Assembly: GCF_001194135.2 (NCBI RefSeq)
Contig: NC_068982.1
Coordinates: forward strand, 96,590,734 to 96,654,733
Direction: 5' to 3'
Origin: Octopus bimaculoides
Lineage: Eukaryota
DNA: 64,000 bases
Shown piece by piece: positions 48,646 through 62,144 of the stretch; the stretch's first letter is position 1; every line of letters starts with the position of its first letter. The translations under genes were made by a program, and so were the position numbers. The notes beneath the pieces were generated by a model that had not been told where the DNA came from, searched no databases, and was given only the letters and a program-made list of their open reading frames with translations.

Positions 48646-51054
48646 TGAAATGAATACAATTGAATTCGAAAAAGAAACAGTATGGAAGTCTGTCTATCTT
48701 CACTTTTTCACAGGCGTTTGGCTTGGGTAAAAAAAATTTTTTAAAACAAAAAACAAAACAGTGTTATGAATAATAGAACAAATGGGAAAAACAGGATTTG
48801 TTCCAAGACAACCAAGTTTGTAGTTGTTATATATTTTACTGGTCTGCTTTGCCTTAAGCTGATACAATGATGCAAATTATATTTGATATATTACTTTGTA
48901 CTGAACTTCTGTAGATTATCAGTTTTCTAGTAGCTATCCTATCAGATTTGTAGAATATAAACATTCTTAAAACATGAGGTTCCAATTCTAAAAATTGTAG
49001 GGAGTTTGGAGAGAGGAAAATTTAGCAGCTATTCTGAGCAGATTAGGGACAGAAACTCCCTCTGTAGCTCAAATGTTATTATTCATTATATGAAATAGAA
49101 GTCGGTTTTGAATCTCTTTTGAAACAATTTCATTTCACTTTTGAAAAGCCAGAACATCACAAATTATGAGTTCCTTCCTTTGAGTATTTCAGAATGCATA
49201 TCAACATAAGAAATAGTTTGTTAATTTAGATCAATAGTCTCCTTGAATTCTAGTTAACATTTTAAACTTATATTACTTAAGTTTTTGAAAAAGCCATGAA
49301 TATCATTGTTTTATGCCTTGACAATCTGTGGTATTGTGCCTGCTATATAAGCTAATTAATTTCACCCATGTTTTTTGATTTCATGCATTTTCCATTTCTC
49401 TTCTCCTTTAAATACAAAAAACTTTGTTGTCAAAGAAACTGTAATTGTGTTACCACTATTCAACTAGAATATGGAGGTAATCAATCAAAAATTTGGGAGT
49501 GGTCAAGTTGACATGCAGTGTGTAACATATGAACTTATTTTCACATGAATGTTAATCATTGTGGAATGTTCTATAAATAGGAAATGAAATATCTAGTTTA
49601 ATTCTTCCAAGAAAGAGAATAGAGTCCAATATAGCTCATAATTTCCTATCCCTAATAAATAAACAATTTTCCTTAACATATAAATATCATAAGCTCTTCA
49701 ACAACAATACAGTTAAGGTCATCTACAGCTGCTTCAATAATGTTGCATTTCAAATATCCAATGATCTCATGACTTATTACCTAACCCTCATAACAGTATC
49801 TTCCCCTTCTGTGAAACTGACAAGCTGACAATTTCTACGGACTACCCCTCACCAGCTCACCAGTTCTATGTTGCCAGAAACCTCATCAGCTCACCGCTGT
49901 GTGACATTATTTCCTGAAGCCCCAACTAATTCTCCATTCATTTGTTTGTTACCTGAAGAATTGCACATAATGAGAAACTCTGAGTAGCACTAAATTGAAT
50001 CATCAGATTCAAAAGAATGTGTGTGTGTGCAAACACACATACGCACACGTGCGCATGCACACATGCACGCGTGTTCATGCACATATGCAGTTAAAAGGTG
50101 AGAGCTAGAGATGCTCCAGGAAACACGTAGTAGTGCTCGAATGATTTAAAATTAAACTCCAAAATCTTTATTGAGGACTAGATCCACAGGATAAAGAGTG
50201 TGTATATATTCGTGTGTGTGTGTGTGTGTGTGTACACATGCACACAATAGACTTCTTTCTTTTCAGTTTTCATCTACCAAATCCACTCACAAAGCTTTGG
50301 TTGGCTCAGGGCTATAGTTGAAGACACTTGCCTAAGGTGCTATGCAGTGGAACTAAACCCGAGACCACTTGGTTGGGAAGCAAGCTTCATAACCACACAG
50401 CCACCTTTTAGAGAATTTATCACATCCTCATAACTGACACAATCTGCAATGAATTTGAGTGCTTTATTGGATACAAATTTTGCAAGGGTGCGCAATCTAT
50501 CAAAGTCAGGAATACTGTCAAGAAAATGTTCAAAACATACATAACCATAGACACAGGTGTGACTGTGTGGTAAGAAGCTTGCTTCCTAACCACATAGTTC
50601 TGGGTTCAATCCCATTGCATGGCACCTTGGGCAAGTGTCTCCTACTATAGCCTTAGGTCGACCAAAGCTTTGTGAATGGATTTGGTAAGCGGAAACCGAA
50701 AGAAGCCTATCACATATATGTGTGTGTGTGTCTTAGCAGTTCGGCAAAAGAGACTGAGAAAATAAGTATGAGGCATAAAAAAATAAATCCTGGGGTCAAT
50801 TTGTTTGACTAAAACCTTTCAAGGTGGTGTCCCAACATGATCACAGTCAAAGATAACCAATGTTTGAATTTCAAAGAGAGCAAAACCAATCACGAAGGAA
50901 TGGTAGAGCCTTCTAGGATGCAGTATTCTGCTCATATTTGATTTGTTGAAAAAAATGTCAAAAGAAGCTACAATAAAGGATTTGTATATCAAAGACTTTA
51001 TTCAACAGTTACTGCTACAGATCCTCATTTAACTTAACCTTTTTACTGCAGATA

Positions 51055-52190
51055 CCCAAGGTCATTAGAGCAAAGAAACAGGCCTGGAAAGGCTGGAAGA
51101 GTGGGGGTAGCAGGGAGCTGTACCAGATAGCCAGAAGGGAGGCTGGGCAACCGGTATACATAGCCAAGGGAGAAGCAGAAAAGAAGTTTGCCAATGTTCA
51201 GCGACGTGATGACCATAGAACTGAAGTATTTCGGATTACTGGTGACAAAGGGCCTCTCGCTCAGAGTGAAAGTAGATTATATGATGCATGTGTGCGAACT
51301 GCCATGCTACACAGCAGTGAAACATGGGCCATGACTACTGAAGACAGGCGTAGGCTCGAAAGAAATGAAGCTAGTATGATCCACTGGATGTGTAATGTCA
51401 ATGTGCACACATGACAGAGTTTAAGTGCCCTGAGAGAAATGTTGGACATAAAAGCATCAGATGTAGTGCAAGAGAGACGACTGCACTGTATGGTCATATG
51501 CTGCGTATGGATGAGGAGAGCAGTGTAAAGAAGTATCAGGAACCCGTGGAAGAGGGAGACCCAAGAAGACATGGGATGAGGTGGTGTAACATGACCTTTA
51601 GACGTTGGGCTTTACAGAGGCAATGACGAAAGACTGAGACCTCTGGAGATATGCTGTGACTGAGATGACCCAGCAAGTAAAGTAAAGTGAGATCACTGCT
51701 GTAGCCTACACCAGTGTTGCATAACCAGCCCACCTAGAAAAGTACCATTGGATCATTGGGCGACATGCTATGCTTGAGGAGACCTATTGAGTCAAGTAAA
51801 TCAAAATCAAAATCAAACAGAAATTGTAGTTGTGGCCGATGCCAGTGCCGCCTGACTGGCTCCCATGCTGGTGGCATGCAATAAAAACCATTCATGTGTG
51901 GATCGTTGCCAGTGCTGCATGACTGGCTCCCCGTGCTGGTGGCACATAAAAAGCACCATCCAATCGTGGCCGATGCCAGTGCCACCTGAATGGCTCCTGT
52001 GCCAGTGGCTTGTAAAAAGCACTCACTACACTCTCAGAGTGGTTGGTGTTAGGAAGGGCATCTAGCTGTAGAAACATTGCCAGATCAGATTGGAGCCTGG
52101 TGTGGCCTCCTGGCTTGCCAGTCTCCAGTCAAACCGTCCAACCCATACCAGCATAGAAAACGGACGTTAGACGATGATGATGATTCATGA
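51055..52190 (+). mobile_element. Internally deleted RTE LINE
   Basis: EN-RT linker (AWKGWKSGGSRELYQIARREA..EKKFANVQRRDDHRTEVFRI) fused at about 51240 to C-terminal ORF sequence (GRLYDACVRTAMLHSSETW) and the full 3' tail. Confidence 0.8.
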
Positions 52191-52208
52191 TATCCACTCA
52201 AAATTTCA

Positions 52209-52416
52209 TTACCCTTAACTGCAGAAAGTAGATTTATATACCAATCTATCTTTTGTTGAGGAATGCCATGTTTGAAACCTATTTTTCGTTGAAACATACC
52301 AAATTTATTGAGGCAACATGACTTGTAGAAAATAGCAATTCTATTGGGTGAGGGTTAGATATCTATCATGATTACTAGAATAATGATGAAATTTAGCTTT
52401 GCAGTTAAAGAGTTAA
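52209..52416. mobile_element. piggyBac-like MITE
   Basis: Ends tta-cccttaactgca and tgcagttaaagag-ttaa; TTAA-type flank intact only on the right. Confidence 0.45.
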
Positions 52417-53301
52417 GTAAGGGAGAGCATTCACCTATCACTTAACACATCAATTAATAAAAAAAAACATAGAATCACAGCACCATTTAAAACATTATTT
52501 AATAAACAGTGTATGGTAGAGAGTACAGAAAATATTACATGAAGAAAATTGTAAAAATATTGACCAATTGTCAGTGAGTCAAAGAAAGAAACAAAATTTT
52601 TTCAAATAAATGAAATTAAACCTAAAAATTATGTTAGAGATTTCAATAAAGGCATTGTGCTTATATTATTGTGACATTACATGAGTTACATAAAGAGACA
52701 AAGGTCCACATGCAACCAAAGTATTATAGATTATCCACAAATGTTTTAAAACATACAACTTTAAAATCAAAGGGTCTATAATCAGAATGCTTAATTATTT
52801 CATTCATGGACCATATGATTATGATATCTGTTGTACAACTGAATAGATATTTTATCTATGTAGCAAAGTGAGAGTGTACCTAATTCAACAGCTGTACACT
52901 TGTAGATAGTTTCAAATCAATAGTCTTCTTCAATGACCACCTGCTGCAAGCACGTGCCTAAGAACTTTTATTATAGATATTTAGAATGAGTCATTAAAAA
53001 AACAGCCATGTCAACTCTATACTTATTAATTCTTAACATTCATATTGTTGCTGTTTCATGACCTCAATCACAAACAAAATAATATTGCATTATCCATTGC
53101 AAGAAGAATAAGCATGGTTTGTACCATACAAAACGTTTTTCCCAAATTGCTAGTTTCTTCCCATCAAATACCAAAAATAACAATATAACATTGTATTTAA
53201 AACATCCACATAAATAATGGAAGAAAGCATTACACAACTAGCTTTATAACTAATCTTGAGATCACTTTATAATACATATAGTATACATATCAAACACGTT
53301 A

Positions 53302-53400
53302 TAAGAGACGGTACCCAAAAGTAACCGAAAACTTTCTCTATGGGACAAATGCATTGTAGTTCAGGCTTCTGCTGCAAGAAGTCACTTGATGCAACTCTCA
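53302..53400 (+). mobile_element. Mariner-type TIR fragment
   Basis: ta|taagagacggtacccaaaagtaaccgaaa resembles mariner TIRs; no partner end found. Confidence 0.35.
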
Positions 53401-55729
53401 GGCATCAGTGAATGATGCCAGTCAGTAGACACAGACACACAAACACACACACAGACATATGACGGGCTTCTTTTAGTTTCCATCTACCAAATCCACTCAC
53501 AAGGCTTTGGTCGGCCCAAGGCTATAGTACAAGACATTTACCCAAGGTGCCACACAGTGGGACTGAACCCAGAACCATGCAGTTGGTAAGCAGGATACTT
53601 ACCACACAGCCACTCCTGTGCCTTATATTTATTTTGTAAACAAATAATACAAAATTACATAAGCATTTTATGTTTCTTGCTTTCCACAGATGACTGGAAA
53701 TGAACAACCTTGCTTGTATGATAATGATACTCATTTGCAACCATCACATGCTATCTAGACAAGGATACACACACACACACACACACACATGATGGGCTTC
53801 TTTCAGTTTCCAACTACCAAGTCCACTCACAAGGCTTTGGTCAGCTCTGAACTATAGTACAAGACACTTACCCAAGGTGCTGTGTTATAGGACTGAACCC
53901 AAGACCTCATAGTTGGAAAGTAAGCTTCTGAACCACACAGCCACACCTATAATGAATACCAATTAACTAGAGCACTTTCACAGCCTATATGAGATTACAT
54001 GTTTAATACATCTGCTTTATCTTTGGTCTTGGTCTGAAAATAGTTTCCATGACTAAACATTCTCAAAGAGTCTCTACACTCATTAAGGTTCTTAGTCATT
54101 AAGCACACAAAATATGTTTTTGCAATGGTTTTTACAGCTGGATGCCAATTTACACCACTGTATTACGTGGAGTCAGGTTTAATACATTTTTGTAACAAAA
54201 TCTTTCAAAATTATCATTAAGTAATGACATAATTATTTAGATTTCCAATAATGAAACACAAAAAGAAAGAAAAACTAGGAGCACAAAATGTTAGTAGTTT
54301 CAACGAAAATTTTACTGTACTAATGGACATAAGGCCCCACTGTACTGCTTTGCAACCATGTGGTTTTGGGTTCAGTCCCACTGTGTGACACCCCTTGGGC
54401 AAGTGTCTTCTGCCATAGCTCTGGAATGACCAATATTTTGTGAATTGATGGTAGATGGAAACTGTATGAAAGCTTGTCATATATAGATATGTTTATATGT
54501 ATGTGTGTGTCTTTGTGTTTGTTCTCCCCACATACCATTTGGTGTTGGTTTGTCTATGTCCCTGTAGCTTAGCAGTTTGGTGAAAGAGACCAATAGAATA
54601 AGTACTGGATTTAAAAAATAAATTCTGGGTTGATTTGTTTGACTTAAACCTTCAAAGTTGTACTCTAGCATGGCCACAATCCAATGATTGCAACAAGTAA
54701 AAGGTGAAGTAATCTATATTCAATAATAAAAACATCAGAATAGTCGTTTCACTTTCTGAAAACTTGAACTGCTGTTTCAGTTTTTAAAAAATGAAAATAT
54801 TGATTACAATAGCACACAAAATAATTCTTTTTACACTTATTTTTATGTACATTGTCAATATTTGGTTTGAAAACATTATGGGGAAAGTGGAAGAGTATTC
54901 ACACTTATTTTACATAATTTTCCAACTCCACTGCACCTTTCTTTGTTATCTCCCACACTGTCTTTTTGTCTCACTTTCTTACACTTTCTTCCTCTTGCTC
55001 TGTTAACCAGTCTCTCTCTCTCATTCACTGAGATGAAAGGAAAGAAAGAGATACAGAAAGAGTGTGACAGACAACATCTTTATTAGTTTATAATGAAGAG
55101 AAGCAAAGAGAGAAGTTTGTAAGATCAAACAAATACGAATGTCTCATCCCTACCACACTTCATTAATGACCCAACAATTCACTAAAGTGTTAGGGTGGAA
55201 CACTTTCACTCCATATACATACATTTCAAATTTTGGCACAACACCAGCAATTTTAGGGGACCAGGGAGAGGGTACTTCTTTTTTCAACTCCAAATGGGTG
55301 AAAGATAAAATTTCAGTAGCTTGGCAGAATTTGAACTCAGAATGTAAAGACAGACAAAATGCTTAGCAGCATTTTGTCCAGTGTGCTAACAATTCTGCCA
55401 GTTCACTATCTTTCTATATATGTATATATATATATATAGTGATTGAAAGTGGTGGGGTTAGGAATCAAGGTGATTACATCAGTCAGCACTCCTGTGAATA
55501 CTGGTTAACAGGAATGTATAGAAAGAAATGATGCTCCATTCAAAGAAATTGGTTTACACAAAATAAAAATCCAGGATGGTTTGGAAGTTGTGGAGTATAA
55601 TATAACAAGAAAAAGAATGGAGGTACTAGTATCACAATTATTCTTTAATTGCAACCATTTGAACATATAGGTCAAATAAATCATTTAACAATGTAGAAAA
55701 CAACGATTCTGTAATATTAAGTACAATCA

Positions 55730-55945
55730 AGGCAGCAGTCTTGCAGAAATGTTACTGCACTGGGCAAAATACTTAGCAGCATTCCATTCATCTTTATGTT
55801 CTAAATTCAAATTCCATGAAGGTCAACTTTGCCTTTCATCCTTTCAGGGTTGATAAAATAAGTACCAGTTGAGCATGAGGGTTGATGTAATCAACTTAAT
55901 CCCTCCCCCAAACTTGCTGGCTTTGCGCTAAAATTTGAAGCCAAC
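55730..55945 (+). mobile_element. Second tRNA-derived SINE family (GCCTTTCATCCTTTCGGGGTCGATAAA type)
   Basis: tRNA-like head and shared body. Other copies at about 34230-34420, 45470-45680, 55215-55410, 59540-59740, 62290-62520, 62915-63000. Confidence 0.75.
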
Positions 55946-56628
55946 CCATAGTCATTTCTTCATCACCAAATAAATAAATTAATACCTGTATTGTTTACTC
56001 AGGAATTAATACCTGTATTAAATTATTTATTCAATCATAAAAAATTAATATTGGTTATATTTAATATTACATAATCATCAAGTACTGGGGTTGATGTAAT
56101 TGACTTACCCCATTCCACCTAAATTGCAGGCCTTGTGCCAAAATTTGAAACTAATATAACATTATCTTTATTTTCCACCTTGTTAAATGATTTATCTGCT
56201 CCATATGTTTTTGAAATAGTTGTAGCCAAAGAATAAATGTGATACCAGTACCTCCATCCTTTTCTTGTATCATATATATATATATATATATATATCATAT
56301 TACCATCATTTAACATTGTTTTCCATGCTGGCATGGGTTGGACAGTTTGACAGAAGCTGACCAGCTGGAAGGTTGTTCAAGTTCCATGTCTGTTTTGGTA
56401 TGGTTTCTATGGTTATGTGCCTTTCTAGTGCCAGCCACTTTACAGAGACAGAGTGTACTGGGTGCTTTTATGTAGCATCAGTATAGGTGCTTTTTACGTG
56501 GCACCAGCATTTATGAACCATGGGCAACTACACTTTTACTTAGCTTGACATGTCTGTCCAAGCACAGCAAACTGCCAGGAGTCTCGGTCCCCTGTCATCC
56601 CCTCTGTGAGTCCCAAAGTTTGTAGATC

Positions 56629-56663
<35 letters not shown>

Positions 56664-56705
56664 TCAGTAAATAGTGGGGTTGTGTTAACCGCACATGGAG
56701 AAATA

Positions 56706-56797
56706 ATAGGAAAATGAAAGAAAGCCAGAATGCTGAACTGGAAGCATAATTTATTAAATTATGCTTCCGGTTCAGCATTCTGGCTTTCTTTCATTTT

Positions 56798-56802
<5 letters not shown>
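56706..56802. repeat. 47-bp inverted repeat with 3-nt loop
   Basis: Arms 56706-56752 and 56756-56802 with one mismatch. Confidence 0.95.
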
Positions 56803-56831
<29 letters not shown>

Positions 56832-57329
56832 ATGCTCTCATATACCTTTAATTATTTGAAATCTTCCTGCAAGAAAGGAGCTGGTTTCTAACAAAGGTAC
56901 AAAGCTCCATCATTGGAATGTAGATAACAAAAACAAACTTACATTTTGAACTTGAGTAAAGTCTTGCATATTTTTACTGCTCCACTTACAGATTGTATTT
57001 GCAATGTGTGAGTTAGCTGGTTGATTTTTTTTTCTGAAAAACCCCAGCTTATTGTCACTTAGGTATTTACTCAGATTGTCACTTGGCTATTTACTCACAA
57101 AACCCAATGCACTAATTATTATTGGTATAAATGTAAAATTATAACCTGGGTGTAGAAGCATGAGGCTTCAAAGCAGTTTTCCATAGTTAACCACTCTCTC
57201 TTTGATTTTGGAAGAGATATTCACATCAGCAGGGCAACTGACCTCTGTGATGATACATATTTTATCTTGTCTGTCCAGAACAACAGTATCCAGCCCTATG
57301 TTTGCACTTAGTAGAAGGTTTGATGGATG

Positions 57330-58135
57330 GATGGATGGATGTCTATAATACCTGTGTTCTTACAAAACTTTTATACTCTTGCAAGACCCAGGTGATTTAC
57401 AAAAAACATTTAAACATATCGGAGCACTTCTACCTGCACTCCCTGAGATTGATCCTGGGATCTTACATGTTCCAGACACAGAGGCACTGGAACAAACAGT
57501 AAAGAAGCTCATATACACAAGCACAAACTTCACAGGGAAGGACATCTGATACAGTTGGACAATAGTTGTATCCCCAAACAGATGCTTTATGGAGAGCTGG
57601 TCGAAGGAAAATGGGATCAGTAAAAACCTGAGAAGCATTTCAAGGACTGTGTCAAAGACTCACTGCCACAGTTCAATCTTGACCTTCACAACTGGGAAGT
57701 ACAGGCTGGCAACAAAAACAAGTGGAGAAAACAAATACATAAAGGATGTCACTCAATAAGCTGAGCAAGGACCAAACGAGCTGCCCACAAGGAAGAGGAA
57801 GCAGAATTAGCCACCTCAACAGTCGCACTGACAACCTGCCAATAGATTATGCTCAATCTGTTATTGCAGATCCACTTACCTATGCTGTAAGCAGTAAAGA
57901 CTGTAAGAGCCACTTTGGACTCATGAAACATTTGAAAACCCATAATGATTCTCCACCTGAGATGCCTAACTGTCAGGCTGAAAACATAAATTTAGTTTGC
58001 AGTCTTTGTAATAAACTCTGTAAGACTTTCACCAGCTTCAGGAATCACTGTCGATCTCATGTTTGCAGGAACAATCAGTTACAAGTCAACCTATCAGCAA
58101 TGGTTGTGCTCATCTAATGATTAGACAGCCATCAT
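57330..58135 (+). mobile_element. RTE (BovB-like) LINE 3' end with two C2H2-like zinc fingers
   Basis: IPKQMLYGELVEGK..KHFKDCVKDSL..NWEVQAGNK.KWR, then (C)SSKDCKSHFGLMKHLKTH and CSLCNKLCKTFTSFRNHCRSH. Frameshifted. Confidence 0.75.
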
Positions 58136-58989
58136 GTATGTATGTAACTTTGTGTCTGTATAGCTGAGGTGTTGATAATTTATTAACAGATATTCACTGT
58201 ATCTGTGTGTGTGAGAGAGAGTGTGGGGGTGGGGGGTGGAGTATTTGTTGATAGGGATATAGTTCCGTATTTGCATGATGTAACTAGTGAGAAATTTGGC
58301 AGCTATATCTAACAGATTGAAGCAGTTTCTGCATTGCATAGACAAAAAGTGACATGAATTTCTCCAGAAAGCTAGATATAAGTTCAGCAGAGCAGTTATA
58401 GATAAAAATGATAGAACGAGTTTATCAAACATGGTATCACAAAGCTCAATCCCACCGCCCACGTTGTTTAACCTCAATATAGATGACATAACTCTCACAA
58501 ACAATCTATACATGGCACCCTACATGGGCATATATCAAATATACATCCACTCACAGCTTACCAGAAACAGCCCATAAATTGATTTATTTAGAAAAAAAAA
58601 CATTAACAATTGTACCAGTCATACACAATATTTGTGTGTGTGTGTGTAGTTATATAAACATCAATATAACATGTATATACACTTACACACAATTATGCAT
58701 CAACAGTCTACCGAAACAGGATGCATTGCAATTCATATTAAGGTATAACCAAGGTAGCCAATTAGTAAAGTCACCAGAGCATCAGATAAAATGTCTTACA
58801 GTTATCATTCAGCTCTATACACTCTGGCTTCAAATCCATCCATGGTCAACTTTTCCGCTCATCTTTCAAGGTCAATAAAAAAAATTACCACTGCTGTACA
58901 GAGTCCAATTGTCCCATTTCTCTCCTGCTCTCTCTCTTTCTTTCTGTTTGTCTAATTCTGTTTCTCTACCACAAAGTCCAGTCTTTGTT

Positions 58990-59130
58990 GCTATGTGGTG
59001 ATTTGTGTGCCTCAATGACTCTGAGAGCTATGCCAATGGAGTGTAAACTTCTGGTAGAACCTCCCATGTTGGACAGGTCAAAGGACCACCTTTTTCCCAG
59101 CAGTAAAAATGGATTCACATAGGATCAATA
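58990..59130 (+). mobile_element. Possible RTE 5' UTR fragment
   Basis: gtgcctcaatgactctgagagctatgcc..ggtagaacctcccatgttggacaggtcaaagg resembles RTE 5' ends (from recall). Confidence 0.35.
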
Positions 59131-60499
59131 CCCTTACCTAGAAAAAAAGCAAAGTTACAGAAAGGATCAATGACAATTCAAAACCAATGAGACCTGTGAG
59201 AGGAAAGCCTTCACCCAGGGAAACATATGACAATCGGCTGTGGTTGAACTGGAAAGGAAAGGAGTCTGTCAGGTTCAAAAGTGCTCAAGACATGCCATAT
59301 GTCATGATGGTACCCCTATGACACTATCAAGAGTTAAGGGCACATGGCAAGGCATGGTATTGTTATATACAACTGATGTCATTCAATAGACTTTTATAAT
59401 ATTATAGATCAACTAACTGCATATCCAACTATTCTACAATGTTGTTATAGGTTGTTCAACAGATATCATTCCAAGAAATGTAGCACAAATGAAACCAAAG
59501 ACTCAATTCTTCAGTTGTATAAATGAGATATTAATTGTTTCAAATTTTGGCACCAGGCCAGCAATTTTAGGCAATTACACCAACTCCTGTACTTGACTAA
59601 TACTTTATTCTATCAACTCTATAGGGATAAAAGACAAAGGTAACTCCAGTGGAATTTGAACTCAGAACATAATGAGTTGGAAGAAATACTACTAGGGTAT
59701 TTTGGTAACATTCTAGCAATTCTGCCAGCTCAGTGCCTTCAAGTGAGTTAATAATAATAAATGTTGTGTGTTTAATTGAAGGTGTATTCTGTTTAAGATA
59801 TTATGAATGACTTCAACCTAACAAGGAGGAAGTTAGTGGGCCATGTCCTGTCATTAATACTGTTTGATTTCCCATAGCAAAGACATTTAACACTCAAATA
59901 AGCTTGTCTATCAAGCTGTAAATAGCTATTTCAAGATAGAAACTACCCAACCACTATGTCCTCCACTAAGAAGACAAATTCAGTGTTTTTCATTAATTTG
60001 CAGTGTTGAGTTCAACTTCCACAACTATAAGTTGAAGAAGGTTGTGCAGTATTAGACAGAACTGGCTTATCTAATACCTTCAAGAATTAAAGTCTTCAGT
60101 AGCGTGCCCACAACTTAATTTTTACAGCTATGTGTGTAGAAAGCATAAAAGAGGCAAAAATTCTGTATAAGTATATTAGTAACCTACTAAGTACATACAG
60201 CTTCGATTGATAGGCCAATCAGGAAGCCTTGACAGTCACTTAACCTGCTAGAAATAACAGCCAAACCTTTCCCTACACTAAACCCCCACTGTCTTAAATG
60301 GAAGGACATTGTTTACACATCGTGATACATCTAGACAGGCAAGAAATATGAGATACTTAGGTCTGCTTGATCAAGGCTGACTTGGATCTAAATTTAACAC
60401 TTTAACTGAGCCCATTAGGGAGCATTTTGCAACAAAAAATAGCAGCCAAATTCCTTTCAAGTCACACCCATGGATGCTATCAGTGCAAAAACTTGCCAG

Positions 60500-60800
60500 A
60501 ATAAAAGTGGTTTCCAGCAAGCTTTACTTGGGTTTATAGGAACACCCATTCACCAGATCAATGTAAGAGACCATATTACTGGTTTATAAATAAAACCTTC
60601 TTGTTAGAATGTTGGGAGCTCAAGATAGATAGGTTTCTGAAGAATTAAAAAATGTACATTCTGACTAATAAACACAAAACTCCTTGTGTATGAAGAAAGT
60701 TTAAGAAATCTGATAGTTTTCAATGCTGGAGTGTAAAAACTTGAAATTCAACAAGAAAATACACTGAAAAGGAAGAACAGATAGGTGAGAAGTGATAGAT
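60500..60800 (+). mobile_element. Highly decayed CR1-like LINE C-terminal fragment
   Basis: YEESLRNL-type motif and surrounding spacing resemble CR1 ORF2 ends. Confidence 0.3.
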
Positions 60801-61268
60801 AGAGGAATTTTATCCTTGAACTTGGGTTTATTTTGTAAGAGATTAGAGGTTTCAACAGTTAAAGTTCAGTCTGAGATAATGCATGTCATAAAAAAATAAG
60901 AGTGTGGCTGGGAGGGGGGGGGGATTTGCTACTGTTTAACTTTGGATCTACTCTGATCAAGTAGTCATGTGATCAAAAGGCATTCCAGTCATGACCATCT
61001 TGACTTTTTTGTATATCAGACAGTGTATCTAAGATAATATTATCTTATGTATCCCTTTTTAAGATAGTAGGATATGACTTTAGAGAAATTTGGCTGCCAT
61101 TTCTAACAGACATAGTGTACATACTAGCTTCCTTATTTGTTTGTGATTTGAGGCAGATTTACCTGCTATTTCTAACAGTTTAAGCAATCATGTAGAGGCT
61201 CACACACTGACTCATGATTTGAGGGAGATCTGGCTGTTATTTATAGCATATTTAGTGATCAAGTAGAG

Positions 61269-61468
61269 CAGTGGTTCTCAACCTTTTTAATATCCAGGCC
61301 AGATCCAAAAACTGGATATTTTTTTAAGGGGTCGCACCGAAAAAAAAAAGTAAAATACAAGTCAATTAAAGAAAAATTAATTGTTTATAGAGGGAAGACA
61401 ATCAGTGTCTGCCAGAAAGATGTTTGAGGAATGCATATGTCCCTGGGAGCAACAGTTGAAAATAGCTG
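61269..61468. mobile_element. hAT-Charlie-type MITE
   Basis: CAGTGGTTCTCAACC left TIR, decayed right TIR agttgaaaatagctg, flanks aagtagag/atatagaa (5/8, both containing TAGA). Confidence 0.6.
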
Positions 61469-61906
61469 ATATAGAAAATCCTACATTGAATCAACCACAG
61501 ATATTCAGATCAATAGTTTCTAAATAACCTTCTATGAGGTTGGTGATTCAGATCCTGAGATCACCACTGCATTGTGTCCATGCTTAAAATAATTAGCAAT
61601 AGGGCAGAGAGAATAATAATTCAGGAGTCATTCTGCATACTAAATACAGATATGGTTGAGCGGTCTAAAAATGTAATATAGTGTGTTAAATTATTTCATT
61701 CAACTAAGATTGTCCAAGCAATAAGTAGACAAAAACTCCTTCTAAGAATGTCTAAAATCTAAAAAAAAATAAATAAATAACAATCAAAGGAGTATAAGAT
61801 TAGTTGAGTGAAACTTTTGAACAATACAGACCATGCAGATGAGAGTGGATTTGGTCTTTAAAACCAAATGGTAAAAGCAAAGGACATGCTTTGGTCTTCT
61901 GTGGTA

Positions 61907-62144
61907 TGACGTCAGTGACTGGGGAGCTGACCGGAAGGGCGAGTTGACCGGAAGAGGAAGGAGGGCAGAGGGAACCTCGATCGGGATTCGTGCCCTTTTC
62001 GAACGGGGTTGTGGTCAGGAGAGGACGTGCTAAGCGACGGTCTAGGTTTGGGAGAAGCAGCTGCTATTGCTAGTGTTCTTTGGGTCGGGGCAAGCTTTGA
62101 GGATCGGATACCGCAAGACAGACGAAAGGAAAACCGAGGTAAGG
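61907..62144 (+). promoter_or_regulatory. Promoter and ATG-less first exon of an unidentified downstream gene
   Basis: CRE palindrome TGACGTCA at 61907-61914, TGACCGGAAG (ETS-type) twice at 61928-61937 and 61945-61954, GC/CpG-rich stretch, donor GAG|gtaagg at 62139. Confidence 0.65.

Noticed and set aside
49770-50030. MFSD6L upstream UTR exons suggested by minus-strand GTAA donors
   Set aside because: No convincing paired acceptors; such donors are frequent by chance in AT-rich DNA.
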